The notes beneath the pieces are model-generated. The model did no database searches, was not told where the DNA came from, and was given only the letters and a program-made list of their open reading frames with translations. A stretch of 64,000 nt of DNA from Cenarchaeum sp. (GTDB lineage: Archaea > Thermoproteota > Nitrososphaeria > Nitrososphaerales > Nitrosopumilaceae): assembly GCA_965212015.1 (NCBI GenBank), contig OZ243037.1:416001-480000 (forward strand), given 5' to 3'. The translations under genes were made by a program, and so were the position numbers. Below are positions 50,825 to 61,321 of this stretch, piece by piece; position 1 is the stretch's first letter; each line of letters begins with the position of its first letter.

Positions 50825-51163
50825 CTAGTTCGGAGCAAGCCTCAGCATAGCTTCTGGTTTTTTAATCACAATGTCGGCCTTGCTTATCCTCGATCTGTAC
50901 GTCTTGAACTTTTTGCCCTTGTCAGATACGGAGATTTTCTCCACCCTCACCAGCGTCAGCTCCTCCAAATCCGCGAGTTTTTTGTATACCGAGCTCTGCG
51001 GGATTTTCAGGTGGTACGCAAGATCAATTGCGGATTTTCCCTTTTTTACGATTGAAAATAAAATCGCCCTGCTTTCTGCATCTGCCAGCGACTCGAGCAC
51101 CCTCTGGGTGGTGTCGTATCTTTTTAGCTGTGGCAGTGTAAGGCGCTTTGTCAACGTCCACAC
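50825..51163 (-). CDS. ArsR-like wHTH regulator (tandem paralog)
   Basis: ESRAILFSI, LKIPQSSVYKKL, GKKFKTYRSRI. Confidence 0.85.
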   Translation of the reverse strand: MWTLTKRLTLPQLKRYDTTQRVLESLADAESRAILFSIVKKGKSAIDLAYHLKIPQSSVYKKLADLEELTLVRVEKISVSDKGKKFKTYRSRISKADIVIKKPEAMLRLAPN

Positions 51164-51230
51164 GTGCTGGCGCGAGTTATTTAAACGAAATCATTGCCCT
51201 CGTTCTCAAATCCTAGAATGACGGCACAAG

Positions 51231-51983
51231 CTAGCCGTATGGCCGGCGCGGCGGCCCGTCGCGGCCGAATCTGCTCCACAGGAGGCCCAGAATCAGTGCA
51301 TCAGAGGCCCAGAATGCCGATACCGCAATGACCGAGGCGGCACGGAACTCTGCTAGCTGACCTGCTGCGTCGGCATCAGAATAGCCCGGCATCATAATGC
51401 CTGCTGCGTCGGCATCAGAATAGCCGGGCATCATAATGCCTGCTGCCACCATCAATGCGCCATACCCCGCCACAGAGGCGGCCTTTTTCATGCCGCAGAG
51501 TTTTTTTGAGAGGCGGTAAAACCCGAGCGCCGAGAATCCGGATATTGCGACAAAGGCCAGAAACAGCACGCCCCTGTACGCCACAGTGTCGGCACCCGTG
51601 CCGGCGGGAAGCTCGCCGGGATATTTCAGGAACGGGACCAGAAAAAGCACGCACCACATAATCCCCGCAAGGACGGCCGCCCTTGTGACGTCGTGGCGGC
51701 CCGGCAGGGACCTGCGGGACAGTCCATAGACAATCCCAAACAGCGATCCCATGGAGACTCCCAGAATCACGCTTGCAAGCACCTGGCCGCCCTTTTGCCA
51801 CTCCCTAAACGAGTCGTACTGCCCCAAAAGCGCAGGCTCCCTGCCAGAATCAAGATTCCTGCTTTCCAGGTATGCCGCCTCGTCGATAAACGGCTCTACT
51901 AGTACAAGGTTTACCCCGCCATGAACCAGTCCGGCAAGGGCGCCAGATACCAGTACCAAAACAACAAAGGTTCCGGATTTCAT
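51231..51983 (-). CDS. cbtA: Cobalt transporter subunit CbtA-like
   Basis: GALAGL, EPFIDEA, VPFLKYP; multi-TM; downstream of cbtB. Confidence 0.85.
   Translation of the reverse strand: MKSGTFVVLVLVSGALAGLVHGGVNLVLVEPFIDEAAYLESRNLDSGREPALLGQYDSFREWQKGGQVLASVILGVSMGSLFGIVYGLSRRSLPGRHDVTRAAVLAGIMWCVLFLVPFLKYPGELPAGTGADTVAYRGVLFLAFVAISGFSALGFYRLSKKLCGMKKAASVAGYGALMVAAGIMMPGYSDADAAGIMMPGYSDADAAGQLAEFRAASVIAVSAFWASDALILGLLWSRFGRDGPPRRPYG
51361..51446. repeat. 39-bp in-frame tandem duplication in cbtA (AAGIMMPGYSDAD x2)
   Basis: cctgctgcgtcggcatcagaatagcc[c/g]ggcatcataatg at 51361 and 51400. Confidence 0.92.
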
Positions 51984-51995
51984 GCCGGATGACCA

Positions 51996-52205
51996 CTAGT
52001 GACACGGAAAGCCGGCTGCGTGTCTTATGTCGTGCGTAAGCTCGTGCAGGTACATCTCTTCAAAGGCTTCTGCACCCTGTACCACGCTAAACAGGTGTCC
52101 CTGATCAAAGGCCACCAAAAACAGCCCGAACGCAAAGATTGCGGCCAGCACCATTATAGAGATGACAGACGGGGCGCTTCTCGTAACTGTTTCTAGATGC
52201 GACAA
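51996..52205 (-). CDS. cbtB: Cobalt transporter subunit CbtB-like
   Basis: One TM + HELTHDIRHAAGFPCH terminus. Confidence 0.9.
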   Translation of the reverse strand: MSHLETVTRSAPSVISIMVLAAIFAFGLFLVAFDQGHLFSVVQGAEAFEEMYLHELTHDIRHAAGFPCH

Positions 52206-52239
52206 TACGGTGCTAGCAATATACAAACTATTTAACCGC

Positions 52240-52256
52240 TTGGATTATTTGTCCAA
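52240..52256. promoter_or_regulatory. Candidate palindromic operator TTGGA-N7-TCCAA between divergent TATA boxes
   Basis: Flanked by TTAAATA (minus strand) and TTTATATA (plus strand). Confidence 0.4.
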
Positions 52257-52316
52257 TTTATATACAATTCCAGCCCACCGGACGATCTGAACAGAAACGT
52301 CGGAATCCTGCAGGAT

Positions 52317-52919
52317 ATGGTCTCAAGGAGGGGCTCGGGCATGCGGCTTAGCTTTGGAATCCCGCACGTCCTAAAGGCCCTCGGAATGCTGAAAAAAGAT
52401 CGCTACGTCAGCAGGGCGACATTCTCAAGGGAGCTGCACCTGGGCGAGGGATCAGTCAAGACGCTAATTGCACACCTAAAGGAGTTCGGCATGGCCGACT
52501 CGATAAAGTCCGGAACGCACCTCACCGGCGCGGGGGAAAAACTTGCATCAGAGCTGTTCGGGGTGATTAATAGCGAGTGCACGCTTCCAGAGTCGCCTCT
52601 TTTGGACTCGCCTAGCAACCACGCAGTATTGCTGCGGAATCATTCAGGCGGCATCAGGGCCGGCGTGGAGCAGAGGGATTACGCCATAGTATACGGGGCA
52701 AAGAGCGCAGTCACTCTACTGTACAAGAATGACGATTTTGTGTTTCCCGCAGGAGAAAAGATTGCACTCGGCGCAGGCGAAAAGACCAGGGACGTGCTGA
52801 TAGGCATGTCCCCGCAGGAGGACGACGTCATCATAATCGCATCCTCAGACGACGAGTTTGTCTCAGAGATATCCGCAAAGCACTCCGCACTGTGTACAAT
52901 GGCCGCCCACCGGAGCTAG
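52317..52919 (+). CDS. HTH + DUF4443-like putative transcriptional regulator
   Basis: SRATFSRELHLGEGSVKTL, GVEQRDYAIVYGA. Confidence 0.8.
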   Translation: MVSRRGSGMRLSFGIPHVLKALGMLKKDRYVSRATFSRELHLGEGSVKTLIAHLKEFGMADSIKSGTHLTGAGEKLASELFGVINSECTLPESPLLDSPSNHAVLLRNHSGGIRAGVEQRDYAIVYGAKSAVTLLYKNDDFVFPAGEKIALGAGEKTRDVLIGMSPQEDDVIIIASSDDEFVSEISAKHSALCTMAAHRS

Positions 52920-52959
52920 ATTGGCAAGATATTTACTGTAAGCAGGCATTGTATAATGC

Positions 52960-53607
52960 GTGAACTGGTATGTCTTTATGGCAATCCCGATAATTGCGGG
53001 AATCGCCGCAGGCTATGTTATGGCAAGCTCATCTGAGCAGCCCGCGGGCCATCTTGCCGCATCTAGCCTGACTGGCGGCGGCTCGCCTGTACTGGGCGAC
53101 GAGTCAGCATCGGTGACCATCCTGGAGTGGGGCGACTATCAGTGCACGTTTTGCTTCAAGTTTCACTCATCAAGCCTCGAGGTGCTAAAGCGGGATTACA
53201 TCGAGGCCGGCAGGGCAAAGCTGGTATTCAAGGACTTTCCGTTAAACGGCCCGGACTCTGTGCTTGCCGCCGAGGCCACGTACTGTGCGGAGGATCAGGG
53301 CAGGTACTGGCAGTACCACGACGCGCTGTACTCGGGATGGGCAGGCGAGAGGACTGGATGGATAAACATGGACTCACTTGGAGGCTTTGCCGAATCCGCC
53401 GGGCTGGATACATCGGAATTCTACGAGTGTATGGATGAGAAAAGGCACGCCGAGAGGGTGCAGGATTTGTGGGAGTTTGGGCGCGCAACCGGCATCGATG
53501 CGACGCCGTCGTTTTTCATATTCAACGACGAGGAGATAATCAAGATTCGGGGAAACCAGCCGCTTGAGGCATTCGTGCAGGCAATCGACGAGCTTGACGG
53601 CAGCTAG
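52960..53607 (+). CDS. Membrane-anchored DsbA/thioredoxin-fold protein
   Basis: EWGDYQCTFC, ATPSF; paralog of 21206-21898. Confidence 0.9.
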   Translation: MNWYVFMAIPIIAGIAAGYVMASSSEQPAGHLAASSLTGGGSPVLGDESASVTILEWGDYQCTFCFKFHSSSLEVLKRDYIEAGRAKLVFKDFPLNGPDSVLAAEATYCAEDQGRYWQYHDALYSGWAGERTGWINMDSLGGFAESAGLDTSEFYECMDEKRHAERVQDLWEFGRATGIDATPSFFIFNDEEIIKIRGNQPLEAFVQAIDELDGS

Positions 53608-53651
53608 ACTCTGACCAAGATTAATATTCACAGCGGCGTATAGTCCCGCCA

Positions 53652-54932
53652 ATGGGCAAGATCAAGATCGAAAAGCAGGACTCTGTAAAGATGTACAAGA
53701 TAAGAAAGACGCTCAGTGATCTCTCAGACATCGAGGGCCACGGCACGGAGCTGATAAGCGTGTACATTCCAAAGGGAAAGCAGCTCCACGAGATAATCGG
53801 CATCCTAAAAGAAGAGCAGGGGACTGCCGACAATATAAAGTCGGACCTCACACGGACGCACGTAGTCGACTCGCTTGGAAAGGTGATTCAGAGGCTGCGC
53901 CTCTACAAAAAGACGCCCGAGAGGGGGCTGGTCATATTTTGCGGCGCAATCTCGCCCAAGGGCAGCACCCACATCGGAAGCGAGACTGTCAGGGCATTTG
54001 AGCTCGATCCGCCAAAGGACCTAAAGACGTTCCTTTACAGGTGCGACGATCACTTTCACGTGGACATTTTAAAAAACATGCTAAAGGACGACAACCTGAT
54101 AGGCTTTCTTGCAATCGACGCCAAGGACGCCGGATGGGGGCTGCTGCACGGCGACAGGATAGAGGAGCTAGACCAGACAGGCTCCGGTGTTGCAGGAAAG
54201 CACAGGCAGGGCGGCCAGTCCGCCAAGCGCTTTCAGAAGCTCAGGGAGATGGAGCTCACATACTATTACAACAGGGTCGCAGGCGTGACGCGCGAGTACT
54301 TTATAGACATCTATCCGGTAAAGGGCCTGATAATCTCGGGGCCCGGCCCCACAAAGGAGGACTTTATCAACGGGAACTATCTCGAGTACAGGCTGCAAAA
54401 CATGATAATCTCCACGCTGGATACGTCGTACTCCGGATACGAGGGCATACGCGAGTCATTCAACAAGTCAGCAGACACGCTGGCCGATTTCCGCATGGTC
54501 GAGGAGAAAAAGCTAATAGAGAGGCTGTTCCGCGAGATCAACTCGCACTCCGGACTCGGCGTGTACGGCCTCGAGGAGGTAATCGGACTATTAAAGAACA
54601 ACGTGGTCGACACGCTGGTAATCACCGACGACTCTGAGCTCAACAGGATAGAGGTGACGTGCAACAGGTGCAAGAACACGCAGGAGGAGATTGTGGGGCG
54701 GCGCGACGTGATTCCAAGGAGGACAAAGCTGCTCGCCTCGCCGTGCCCGGGCTGCAACTCGCACGATCTGGGCGCGACTGATTCGGACATTGTGGACCAT
54801 CTTGCGCTGATTGCCGCAAAGACCGGCTCGAGGATAGAGGTGGTAGCAGGCAAGTCCGAGTACGGCATGCAGCTTGCAAGCCTGGGCAAGATTGGCGCGC
54901 TTTTGAGGTACAATCCGAGCCATTCGGCGTAA
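53652..54932 (+). CDS. prf1: Archaeal peptide chain release factor aRF1
   Basis: GTELISVYIP, NIKS, YRCD, GGQS. Confidence 0.97.
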   Translation: MGKIKIEKQDSVKMYKIRKTLSDLSDIEGHGTELISVYIPKGKQLHEIIGILKEEQGTADNIKSDLTRTHVVDSLGKVIQRLRLYKKTPERGLVIFCGAISPKGSTHIGSETVRAFELDPPKDLKTFLYRCDDHFHVDILKNMLKDDNLIGFLAIDAKDAGWGLLHGDRIEELDQTGSGVAGKHRQGGQSAKRFQKLREMELTYYYNRVAGVTREYFIDIYPVKGLIISGPGPTKEDFINGNYLEYRLQNMIISTLDTSYSGYEGIRESFNKSADTLADFRMVEEKKLIERLFREINSHSGLGVYGLEEVIGLLKNNVVDTLVITDDSELNRIEVTCNRCKNTQEEIVGRRDVIPRRTKLLASPCPGCNSHDLGATDSDIVDHLALIAAKTGSRIEVVAGKSEYGMQLASLGKIGALLRYNPSHSA

Positions 54933-54933
54933 T

Positions 54934-55341
54934 CTAGATGCATGCGCGTATCTTTATTGCAATATCCTCTAGCTCAGAGTCGCCTGGAATCTGGCGCTTG
55001 AGCCACGCAGGCCCCCTGTGGTTGTATCTCGGGATTATATGCACGTGTACGTGCGGCACTATCTGCTTTGCGGCCCGCCCGTTGTTTTGCGCCAGCGTGA
55101 ATGCGTCAGCACCGGTGCCTGCCAGAATCGAGCCGGCGATTTTCGGGATTTTGGCAAACATGTCGCCCACCTTTGCCGAATCCATGTCCGTAATCCTTTC
55201 GTGGTGTTTTTTTGGCACGACCAGGCTGTGGCCCCGGTCTATCGGATATCGGTCCAGAAACACCACCATATCGTCGTCATCATACAGGAAATGGCCCCGC
55301 TTTTCGCCGCGTATTATATCGCAGAATATGCACCCCAACAC
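54934..55341 (-). CDS. HIT family protein
   Basis: CIFC, GHSLVVPKKH, HVHVHIIPR. Confidence 0.94.
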   Translation of the reverse strand: MLGCIFCDIIRGEKRGHFLYDDDDMVVFLDRYPIDRGHSLVVPKKHHERITDMDSAKVGDMFAKIPKIAGSILAGTGADAFTLAQNNGRAAKQIVPHVHVHIIPRYNHRGPAWLKRQIPGDSELEDIAIKIRACI

Positions 55342-55413
55342 ACCACACAGGCTCGGTTATTTTATTTAGATTCATCGATTCGCTTAATTAGGGTCTGTTC
55401 TGAAAATCACACC

Positions 55414-56010
55414 ATGGGCAAAAAGACGCGAAGGGAGAGGGAGGAAAAGCGCGACAGCTATGCCACACAGCACAACAAGCAGCAGCGAAAGAACATACTG
55501 ATCGCCGCAGGCGTCTTTGCCATAGTCGGCGTAATTGTCGGGGTTTCGGCTTATAATTTCGTGGTAATGCCTGCCAACGTTCTAGGCGGCCCGCCAGGCG
55601 CGGGCACGTTTGGCGACGAGCACGAGCACGCCTCGATTCTAACTGTCATACACGGAGACAGGTTTGACTTTTCGGGATCCGCATACCAGACCAAGAACAG
55701 CTGGATTCATTTCGAGTCACAGGACGGGACCACCATCCACAGGCACTCTTCTGGCGTCACCATGGGATACCTCTTTGACAGTCTGGCCATCACGGTGGAC
55801 GAGGAGTGCTATGTGTTCCCAAGCGGGCGCGAGTTTTGCTCCAATGACGAGTTTGAGCTAAAGTATTACGTCAACCGCGTACAGGTGCCGGACATATACG
55901 AGCACGTACTGGATGATGAGGACGACATTTTGATAATCTTTGGCGACGAGTCAGATGCAGAGATTGACACGTACCTCGACGAGGTCGGCGCGCAGGCCAT
56001 CATGGCGTAA
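55414..56010 (+). CDS. Conserved membrane-anchored protein with His motifs
   Basis: Basic N-terminus, TM, DEHEHA, WIHFE, IHRH. Confidence 0.8.
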   Translation: MGKKTRREREEKRDSYATQHNKQQRKNILIAAGVFAIVGVIVGVSAYNFVVMPANVLGGPPGAGTFGDEHEHASILTVIHGDRFDFSGSAYQTKNSWIHFESQDGTTIHRHSSGVTMGYLFDSLAITVDEECYVFPSGREFCSNDEFELKYYVNRVQVPDIYEHVLDDEDDILIIFGDESDAEIDTYLDEVGAQAIMA

Positions 56011-56143
56011 AAAAGCGGGGTTTTTCCCCTTGCCACCGATTATACTCCAAAACGCCCGTGCCTGCCTCGTGCAAGAATTCCCGGATTATCAGGCACGCGG
56101 GGTGTTTAATGTTTATAAGAGTCATTAGCAGTAAAAATACTAG

Positions 56144-56455
56144 ATGACAAGTCAGGCCCCGGCATCCGATGTAAAACAAATTGACCTTACAATTCACGAG
56201 TTATTCGGGGATATGAACTGTATAAGACACGTATGCTATTCGAATGTGGAAGAAAAATATCGATTGATTGTAATTTTCAAAGACGAGGATTTTGAATCCG
56301 CTTTTACCGCAATAGACAATAAAATCATAGAGTTGGAAAAGCTGCTGCCAAATATAGATATCGAACCGTGGATTTTACACGTTTCCGAAGTTCATCCCGA
56401 TCATTTGATCAATACAAAAACTATTTTTAAGAAAAAAGACAATGACGGTGTGTAG
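56144..56455 (+). CDS. Putative MNT-like antitoxin partner of HEPN protein
   Basis: 103-aa acidic ORF 3 nt upstream of HEPN gene; AT-rich. Confidence 0.6.
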   Translation: MTSQAPASDVKQIDLTIHELFGDMNCIRHVCYSNVEEKYRLIVIFKDEDFESAFTAIDNKIIELEKLLPNIDIEPWILHVSEVHPDHLINTKTIFKKKDNDGV

Positions 56456-56458
56456 ATC

Positions 56459-56851
56459 ATGCTTCAACATAAATTACAAAGCACGCATAATGAAAAGATG
56501 TATGATTTTCTCCATACCAAAAATCCCAGTTTTATCGATTGGGAAATAACTGCATTGTTTTATACGGCATTGCATTTATTTGAGGCATATATATCTACAA
56601 ATAAAAATCCAAAATATAGAGATCATAAACATGAATCCCATTCAGCAAGAAAAAAATTTATGCGGGATCATTTTCCTGAATTATATGAAAATTATCATAT
56701 ATTATATACCATGAGTTTCAGATCTCGATATACGGTAGGATACGATATGTCAAATATTAACTTGAACATAACAAGAAATAATTTTGATGCTTTAAAAAAT
56801 AAAATATTGCAGCTAGAATCAAATGATCTTGATCCAAAACATAAGAGATAA
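56459..56851 (+). CDS. HEPN-domain protein
   Basis: DWEITALFYTALHLFEAY, SHSAR, LYTMSFRSRY. Confidence 0.78.
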   Translation: MLQHKLQSTHNEKMYDFLHTKNPSFIDWEITALFYTALHLFEAYISTNKNPKYRDHKHESHSARKKFMRDHFPELYENYHILYTMSFRSRYTVGYDMSNINLNITRNNFDALKNKILQLESNDLDPKHKR

Positions 56852-57227
56852 AATCTAGGTAAAAAGACCTGTCAGACGCCAATATTCCGAAAAAATTTCA
56901 GCGCCAAACATAATAATGTAAAAGTATTGACGGATGCCAGATATTGTGATTTTACAGACTGGCAGGATCAAATCTTGACACTGTGAAACGTATCAAAGGC
57001 AGAATCCCAAATGGCTCAATTTGTAGGGTACAAAAAAGATATGCAGGTAAAGTCTGTGAATATTCAGACTGGTGTGTTTTTTCTTGCACCAGTTCTAGCC
57101 GTTCCGGCCCGAAATCCGGAATTTTGTCGTCATAATGGGTAGTTTGGATCACACATGATGACACTCCGTGGGCCGATTCTGGCTCGATTACGCAAACCCT
57201 AAATTATAAAACCTACAGCATACATGC

Positions 57228-58901
57228 ATGGACGATACCGGCATATCTAGCAGAAACGTGGTGGACGGGACTGCCAGGGCGCCCCACAGGGCCATGTACA
57301 AGGCAATGGGGCTCGATGACGCTGATCTGGGCAGGCCGTTTGTGGGAATATGCCACACCGGTAATGAGGCCACGCCGTGCAACATACACCTTCCTGGCCT
57401 TGCACTGCATGCAAAAAGGGGTGCCGCCGACGGGGGCACGACTCCCAGGGAATTCTCTACAATAGCGGTAAGTGACGGCATTGCAATGGGACACGAGGGA
57501 ATGAAGTCGTCGCTTGTCTCAAGGGAGGTGATTGCAGACTCGATAGAGCTCATGATGAGGGCGCACCAGTACGACGGCCTGGTGGGAATCGCCGGATGCG
57601 ACAAGTCGCTGCCGGGGACAATGATGGCAATGGCGCGCCTGAACATGCCGTCGGTATTCGTGTACGGCGGAACGATAATGCCCGGAATGCTTGACGGCAA
57701 AGAGCTTACCATAGTGGACGTCTATGAGGCAGTCGGGGCATACGACGCAGGCAAGCTGTCCCTGGAGTCACTAAAGGACATTGAGAATACTGCGTGCCCG
57801 AACGCCGGCTCGTGCGGCGGAATGTTTACCGCAAATACGATGGCATCAATATCTGAGGCCATCGGACTTGCGCTTCCCGGAAGCGCCTCGCCACCAGCTG
57901 AGGACGACAGGCGGGAAAAGATTGTATACGATACAGGGGCGGCGTGTGCAAAGCTGGTAAAGTCCGGCATACGGCCGAGGGAGATTCTCAGCTTTGAGGC
58001 ATTTGAGAACGCGATAACCGTGCTAAACGCAGTCGGCGGATCTACTAACGGAATCCTGCACCTATTGGCGCTTGCCAACGAGGCGCGCATCAAGCTCTCG
58101 TATGACGACTTTGAGAGGGTAAGAAAAAAGACGCCGCATCTGGCAGACATGAAGCCCGGCGGAAGCTATGTCATGAACTCGCTTGACAAGGTTGGCGGAA
58201 TACCGTTTGTCCTGAAAAAACTAGACAAGAGCGGGCTGATTAACGGGGAGTGCATCACGGTGACAGGACGCACCATGCACGAGAACATAGAGTCGTTTGT
58301 GGTTCCAGATTCAAGGCAGGACATTGTAAGGTCCGCTGAGAATCCGATTCACAGTACCGGTACTGCCGTGATACTGAGGGGCACGCTTGCGCCAGACGGC
58401 GCAGTAATAAAGACTGCAGGAGTAGAGATGACGGAATTTGCCGGCAGGGCGCGCGTGTACGACAGGGAAGAGCACGCCTTTGACGCAGTCTCGCGCGGCG
58501 AGATATCAGAAGGCGATATAGTGGTCATAAGATACGAGGGCCCAAAGGGCGGGCCCGGAATGCGCGAGATGCTTGCCACCACTGCGGCGCTAGTGGGGCA
58601 GGGCCTTGGCAAAAAGGTGGCAATGGTTACTGACGGGCGGTTCTCTGGCGGCACCAGGGGGTTCATGGTGGGCCACGTCGCACCAGAGGCGTTTGTGGGC
58701 GGGCCCATAGCGCTGGTAAAAGAGGGCGATTCCATTACCATAGATGTTTTGACAAACAGGATTGACTTGGACGTATCACGTGAGGAGCTCGAGGAGCGAA
58801 AAAAACGCTGGGTCCGGCCGGAGCCAAACTATACTGCTGGTGCCCTGGCAAAATACGCATCACTGGTAGGCTCTTCATCAAATGGCGCAGTCACAGGCTA
58901 G
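57228..58901 (+). CDS. ilvD: Dihydroxy-acid dehydratase
   Basis: [50 protein letters not shown]. Confidence 0.97.
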   Translation: MDDTGISSRNVVDGTARAPHRAMYKAMGLDDADLGRPFVGICHTGNEATPCNIHLPGLALHAKRGAADGGTTPREFSTIAVSDGIAMGHEGMKSSLVSREVIADSIELMMRAHQYDGLVGIAGCDKSLPGTMMAMARLNMPSVFVYGGTIMPGMLDGKELTIVDVYEAVGAYDAGKLSLESLKDIENTACPNAGSCGGMFTANTMASISEAIGLALPGSASPPAEDDRREKIVYDTGAACAKLVKSGIRPREILSFEAFENAITVLNAVGGSTNGILHLLALANEARIKLSYDDFERVRKKTPHLADMKPGGSYVMNSLDKVGGIPFVLKKLDKSGLINGECITVTGRTMHENIESFVVPDSRQDIVRSAENPIHSTGTAVILRGTLAPDGAVIKTAGVEMTEFAGRARVYDREEHAFDAVSRGEISEGDIVVIRYEGPKGGPGMREMLATTAALVGQGLGKKVAMVTDGRFSGGTRGFMVGHVAPEAFVGGPIALVKEGDSITIDVLTNRIDLDVSREELEERKKRWVRPEPNYTAGALAKYASLVGSSSNGAVTG

Positions 58902-59104
58902 TCCGAACCGTGCACAGAGCATAAAATGGCACCCCTGCCGTCGATGACCTTTATGGCTATAGAATATCCGTCTGCAAGCCCCTTGCCGCACACCTCACAC
59001 AGTGCCGGCCTTGCGCTAGAGACGTGGACTCTTTTTGGGGCAAAATAAATGTCCTGTAGGATACCGGTGCTCTGAATCCTCGGCCTGGTCAGGATCTGGC
59101 TCAT
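58898..59104 (-). CDS. Small zinc-binding protein
   Basis: CEVC...LCSVH; ATG 59104. Confidence 0.65.
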   Translation of the reverse strand: MSQILTRPRIQSTGILQDIYFAPKRVHVSSARPALCEVCGKGLADGYSIAIKVIDGRGAILCSVHGSD

Positions 59105-59399
59105 GGACTGGCCGCGCCCCGATCTCATATAAATGTACCGTACCATACGGTAATCATTCAATATGGACGGTACGTCCCTTGGAGCCTGCCCGGGTATGAT
59201 ATGGCGCATGCGGCCGTATATGATGCGAGATGAGGCAGGATGCGATATTATACCTAGCAGGCGACTAGTTTGACCACGTGTCTGTTGAACCAAATATCCT
59301 TCTTGTCTAATCTGTTATTCTGACAGGGTTCTGTATAGCTCATAATGCTGTCTTTGAACGGGGAGTAAAAATCACTTTTTTATGTTAATATAGCAAATC

Positions 59400-59963
59400 A
59401 TGTACAGTAGATCAATGGAATTAATACTGAAAATCTACTGGTTATGGACCCAATTTGGGGAACATCAGGAAATGTTTGCTACCATTATGGAGATTATTGT
59501 AAAATATCCAGAAGTGATTGCTCTTATTGCAACAAGTATTACAGCAGGTATTTTAGCCTGGCAAACAAAGGAAAATCAAAAACGGACCAAAAAACAAAAT
59601 AGGCTTGAATCTATAAACTTAAGCGTTAAAATCGAGGATAAGATAATTGAAGATGATAAACTCAAGAAAATCAACAATACAATAAATGTTGGACACGCAG
59701 ATATGTTGATGGATGATTATATTGAAATGTTTTTAAACAGATACGAGGGTTTGGCCATGCAATGGAATGTTGATCTGATCGAAATAGAAGATGTTTATGA
59801 AATACATGGTGACATATTAGTTAAGATTAAAAAAAGCAAACATATTCAAAATTTTATAGAGGAAAAAACTACCAATGATGATGGTACCAAAAATGATTAT
59901 TTTTCTAAATTGTTAAAACTGTTAGATGCCAATCAAAAGTTTTACAAATTGAAAAAATCTTGA
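59400..59963 (+). CDS. Hypothetical AT-rich membrane-anchored protein (DUF4760-like)
   Basis: One TM, then FLNRYEGLA motif. Confidence 0.65.
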   Translation: MYSRSMELILKIYWLWTQFGEHQEMFATIMEIIVKYPEVIALIATSITAGILAWQTKENQKRTKKQNRLESINLSVKIEDKIIEDDKLKKINNTINVGHADMLMDDYIEMFLNRYEGLAMQWNVDLIEIEDVYEIHGDILVKIKKSKHIQNFIEEKTTNDDGTKNDYFSKLLKLLDANQKFYKLKKS

Positions 59964-60328
59964 GCAAGGCTATATTATCGATCAAAATATTAGAGTTTAT
60001 GGACAAACCACATCATAGATTAAATCACACAGATAAAAAACCACATTTTTACGACATATGGATCTAAAAGCAAGCACAACTTCTTCATTCCTATAGGAGC
60101 AAATGAATAAACCATAGCAAGACTAGAATCAGAGCTCAAGGAAATATAAAAGCAACGTGAACAGTACAAAAAAAGCTTATCTCAGAGGACAGGCCGTGGA
60201 GCACATCAAAAAACTATGACAGGAGTGTTGATATTCTGCCTAAAAAACTGTCCAAGCCATACAAACTTTAGATTGTACCTATATGATTTTTATTTAATTT
60301 TGAATTTATATGAAACAATAACTTCATG

Positions 60329-60898
60329 TTAATGCTTCACAAGAATTATTCGATTAATATCTTTTTCTGTAAAAATCATTGAATCTCCAATTTGTATCCA
60401 TGACCGTACATTATTTATTTTTTGCTGTATTTCCGGATGTGATAATTCTAGCTCTCGTTTATGCATATCGTGAACAGACATTTGTTTAATCCAACCTCGA
60501 TAAATATCACCATTGACAGTATAAACGTCTACCCAATCCCCTATATTATTGAAAGCAAAATTTGCCCAAGCACTTCCTCGAGTTACATTTTTTCGCCAAA
60601 TATGATGTACAAACTCTCCAAATCCGAGACCTATTACTGTGGCCAATACAAAGTAGCTGATTATTATATCATACTGCAAAATTCTAGTTTCTATGTCTGT
60701 TATTGATTGGAATTTCCAAATCGCTGTAAATGGAACAAAGACAATCACACTAGAAATTATACTCCATAAAATAATTTGAAGGTTATTAAAAACAAATTCA
60801 TAAGATGCCCGCCAGCTAAACAACCTAAAAGTAAGAAATCCCGGAGCTAGTAAAATTACTATTGTATATGCCTCAGTGAGAGATGGAAATTCTGCCAT
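60329..60898 (-). CDS. DUF6338-like membrane protein
   Basis: LLAPGFL, three TMs, SAW...WVDVYTVNGDIYRGWI, ELELS. Confidence 0.75.
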   Translation of the reverse strand: MAEFPSLTEAYTIVILLAPGFLTFRLFSWRASYEFVFNNLQIILWSIISSVIVFVPFTAIWKFQSITDIETRILQYDIIISYFVLATVIGLGFGEFVHHIWRKNVTRGSAWANFAFNNIGDWVDVYTVNGDIYRGWIKQMSVHDMHKRELELSHPEIQQKINNVRSWIQIGDSMIFTEKDINRIILVKH

Positions 60899-60918
60899 AT
60901 CTTAACAACCACGCCAAA

Positions 60919-61035
60919 TTACGGATCAATGTTGGTGGGCTTTGGGCGTTTGGGGTGTAGTGCCACAACCGTCTCAGCAAGCTTGTATTTAGAGCCAGGA
61001 TTCTTGCCCGAATCTTGGTTAGAGTCGTTTCCCAT
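60919..61035 (-). CDS. Small peptide (38 aa) upstream of DUF6338-like gene
   Basis: MGNDSNQDSGKNPGSKYKLAETVVALHPKRPKPTNIDP; TTAAATA about 22 nt upstream. Confidence 0.5.
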   Translation of the reverse strand: MGNDSNQDSGKNPGSKYKLAETVVALHPKRPKPTNIDP

Positions 61036-61321
61036 ACTGTAGCATAATTGCAACTAGTATTTAAGATATCAATAAACCATGGATAACAGATTAGGTTCTA
61101 GAGAGGTATTTGGATCTACAGGCGCGGGACTAGTCGATTACAACCATCCAATAAAAAATGACAAGGATGCCAAGCGTCCCGATCACTTTCTGCTGTCATT
61201 ATAGAGGCATACTGCCCCACTGGGCGCCGAGATCATCCGATCCCTTCCTGTGCATATCCCACCGTCTAGGCATGGATTTCACGCCAATCCTCTCCCGAGC
61301 CAGGCAGGCCAGGAGGGCAAA

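Noticed and set aside
52206-52316. Cobalamin riboswitch upstream of cbtB
   Set aside because: The region is too short and lacks a B12-box; a TATA-like element sits ~25 nt from the start.
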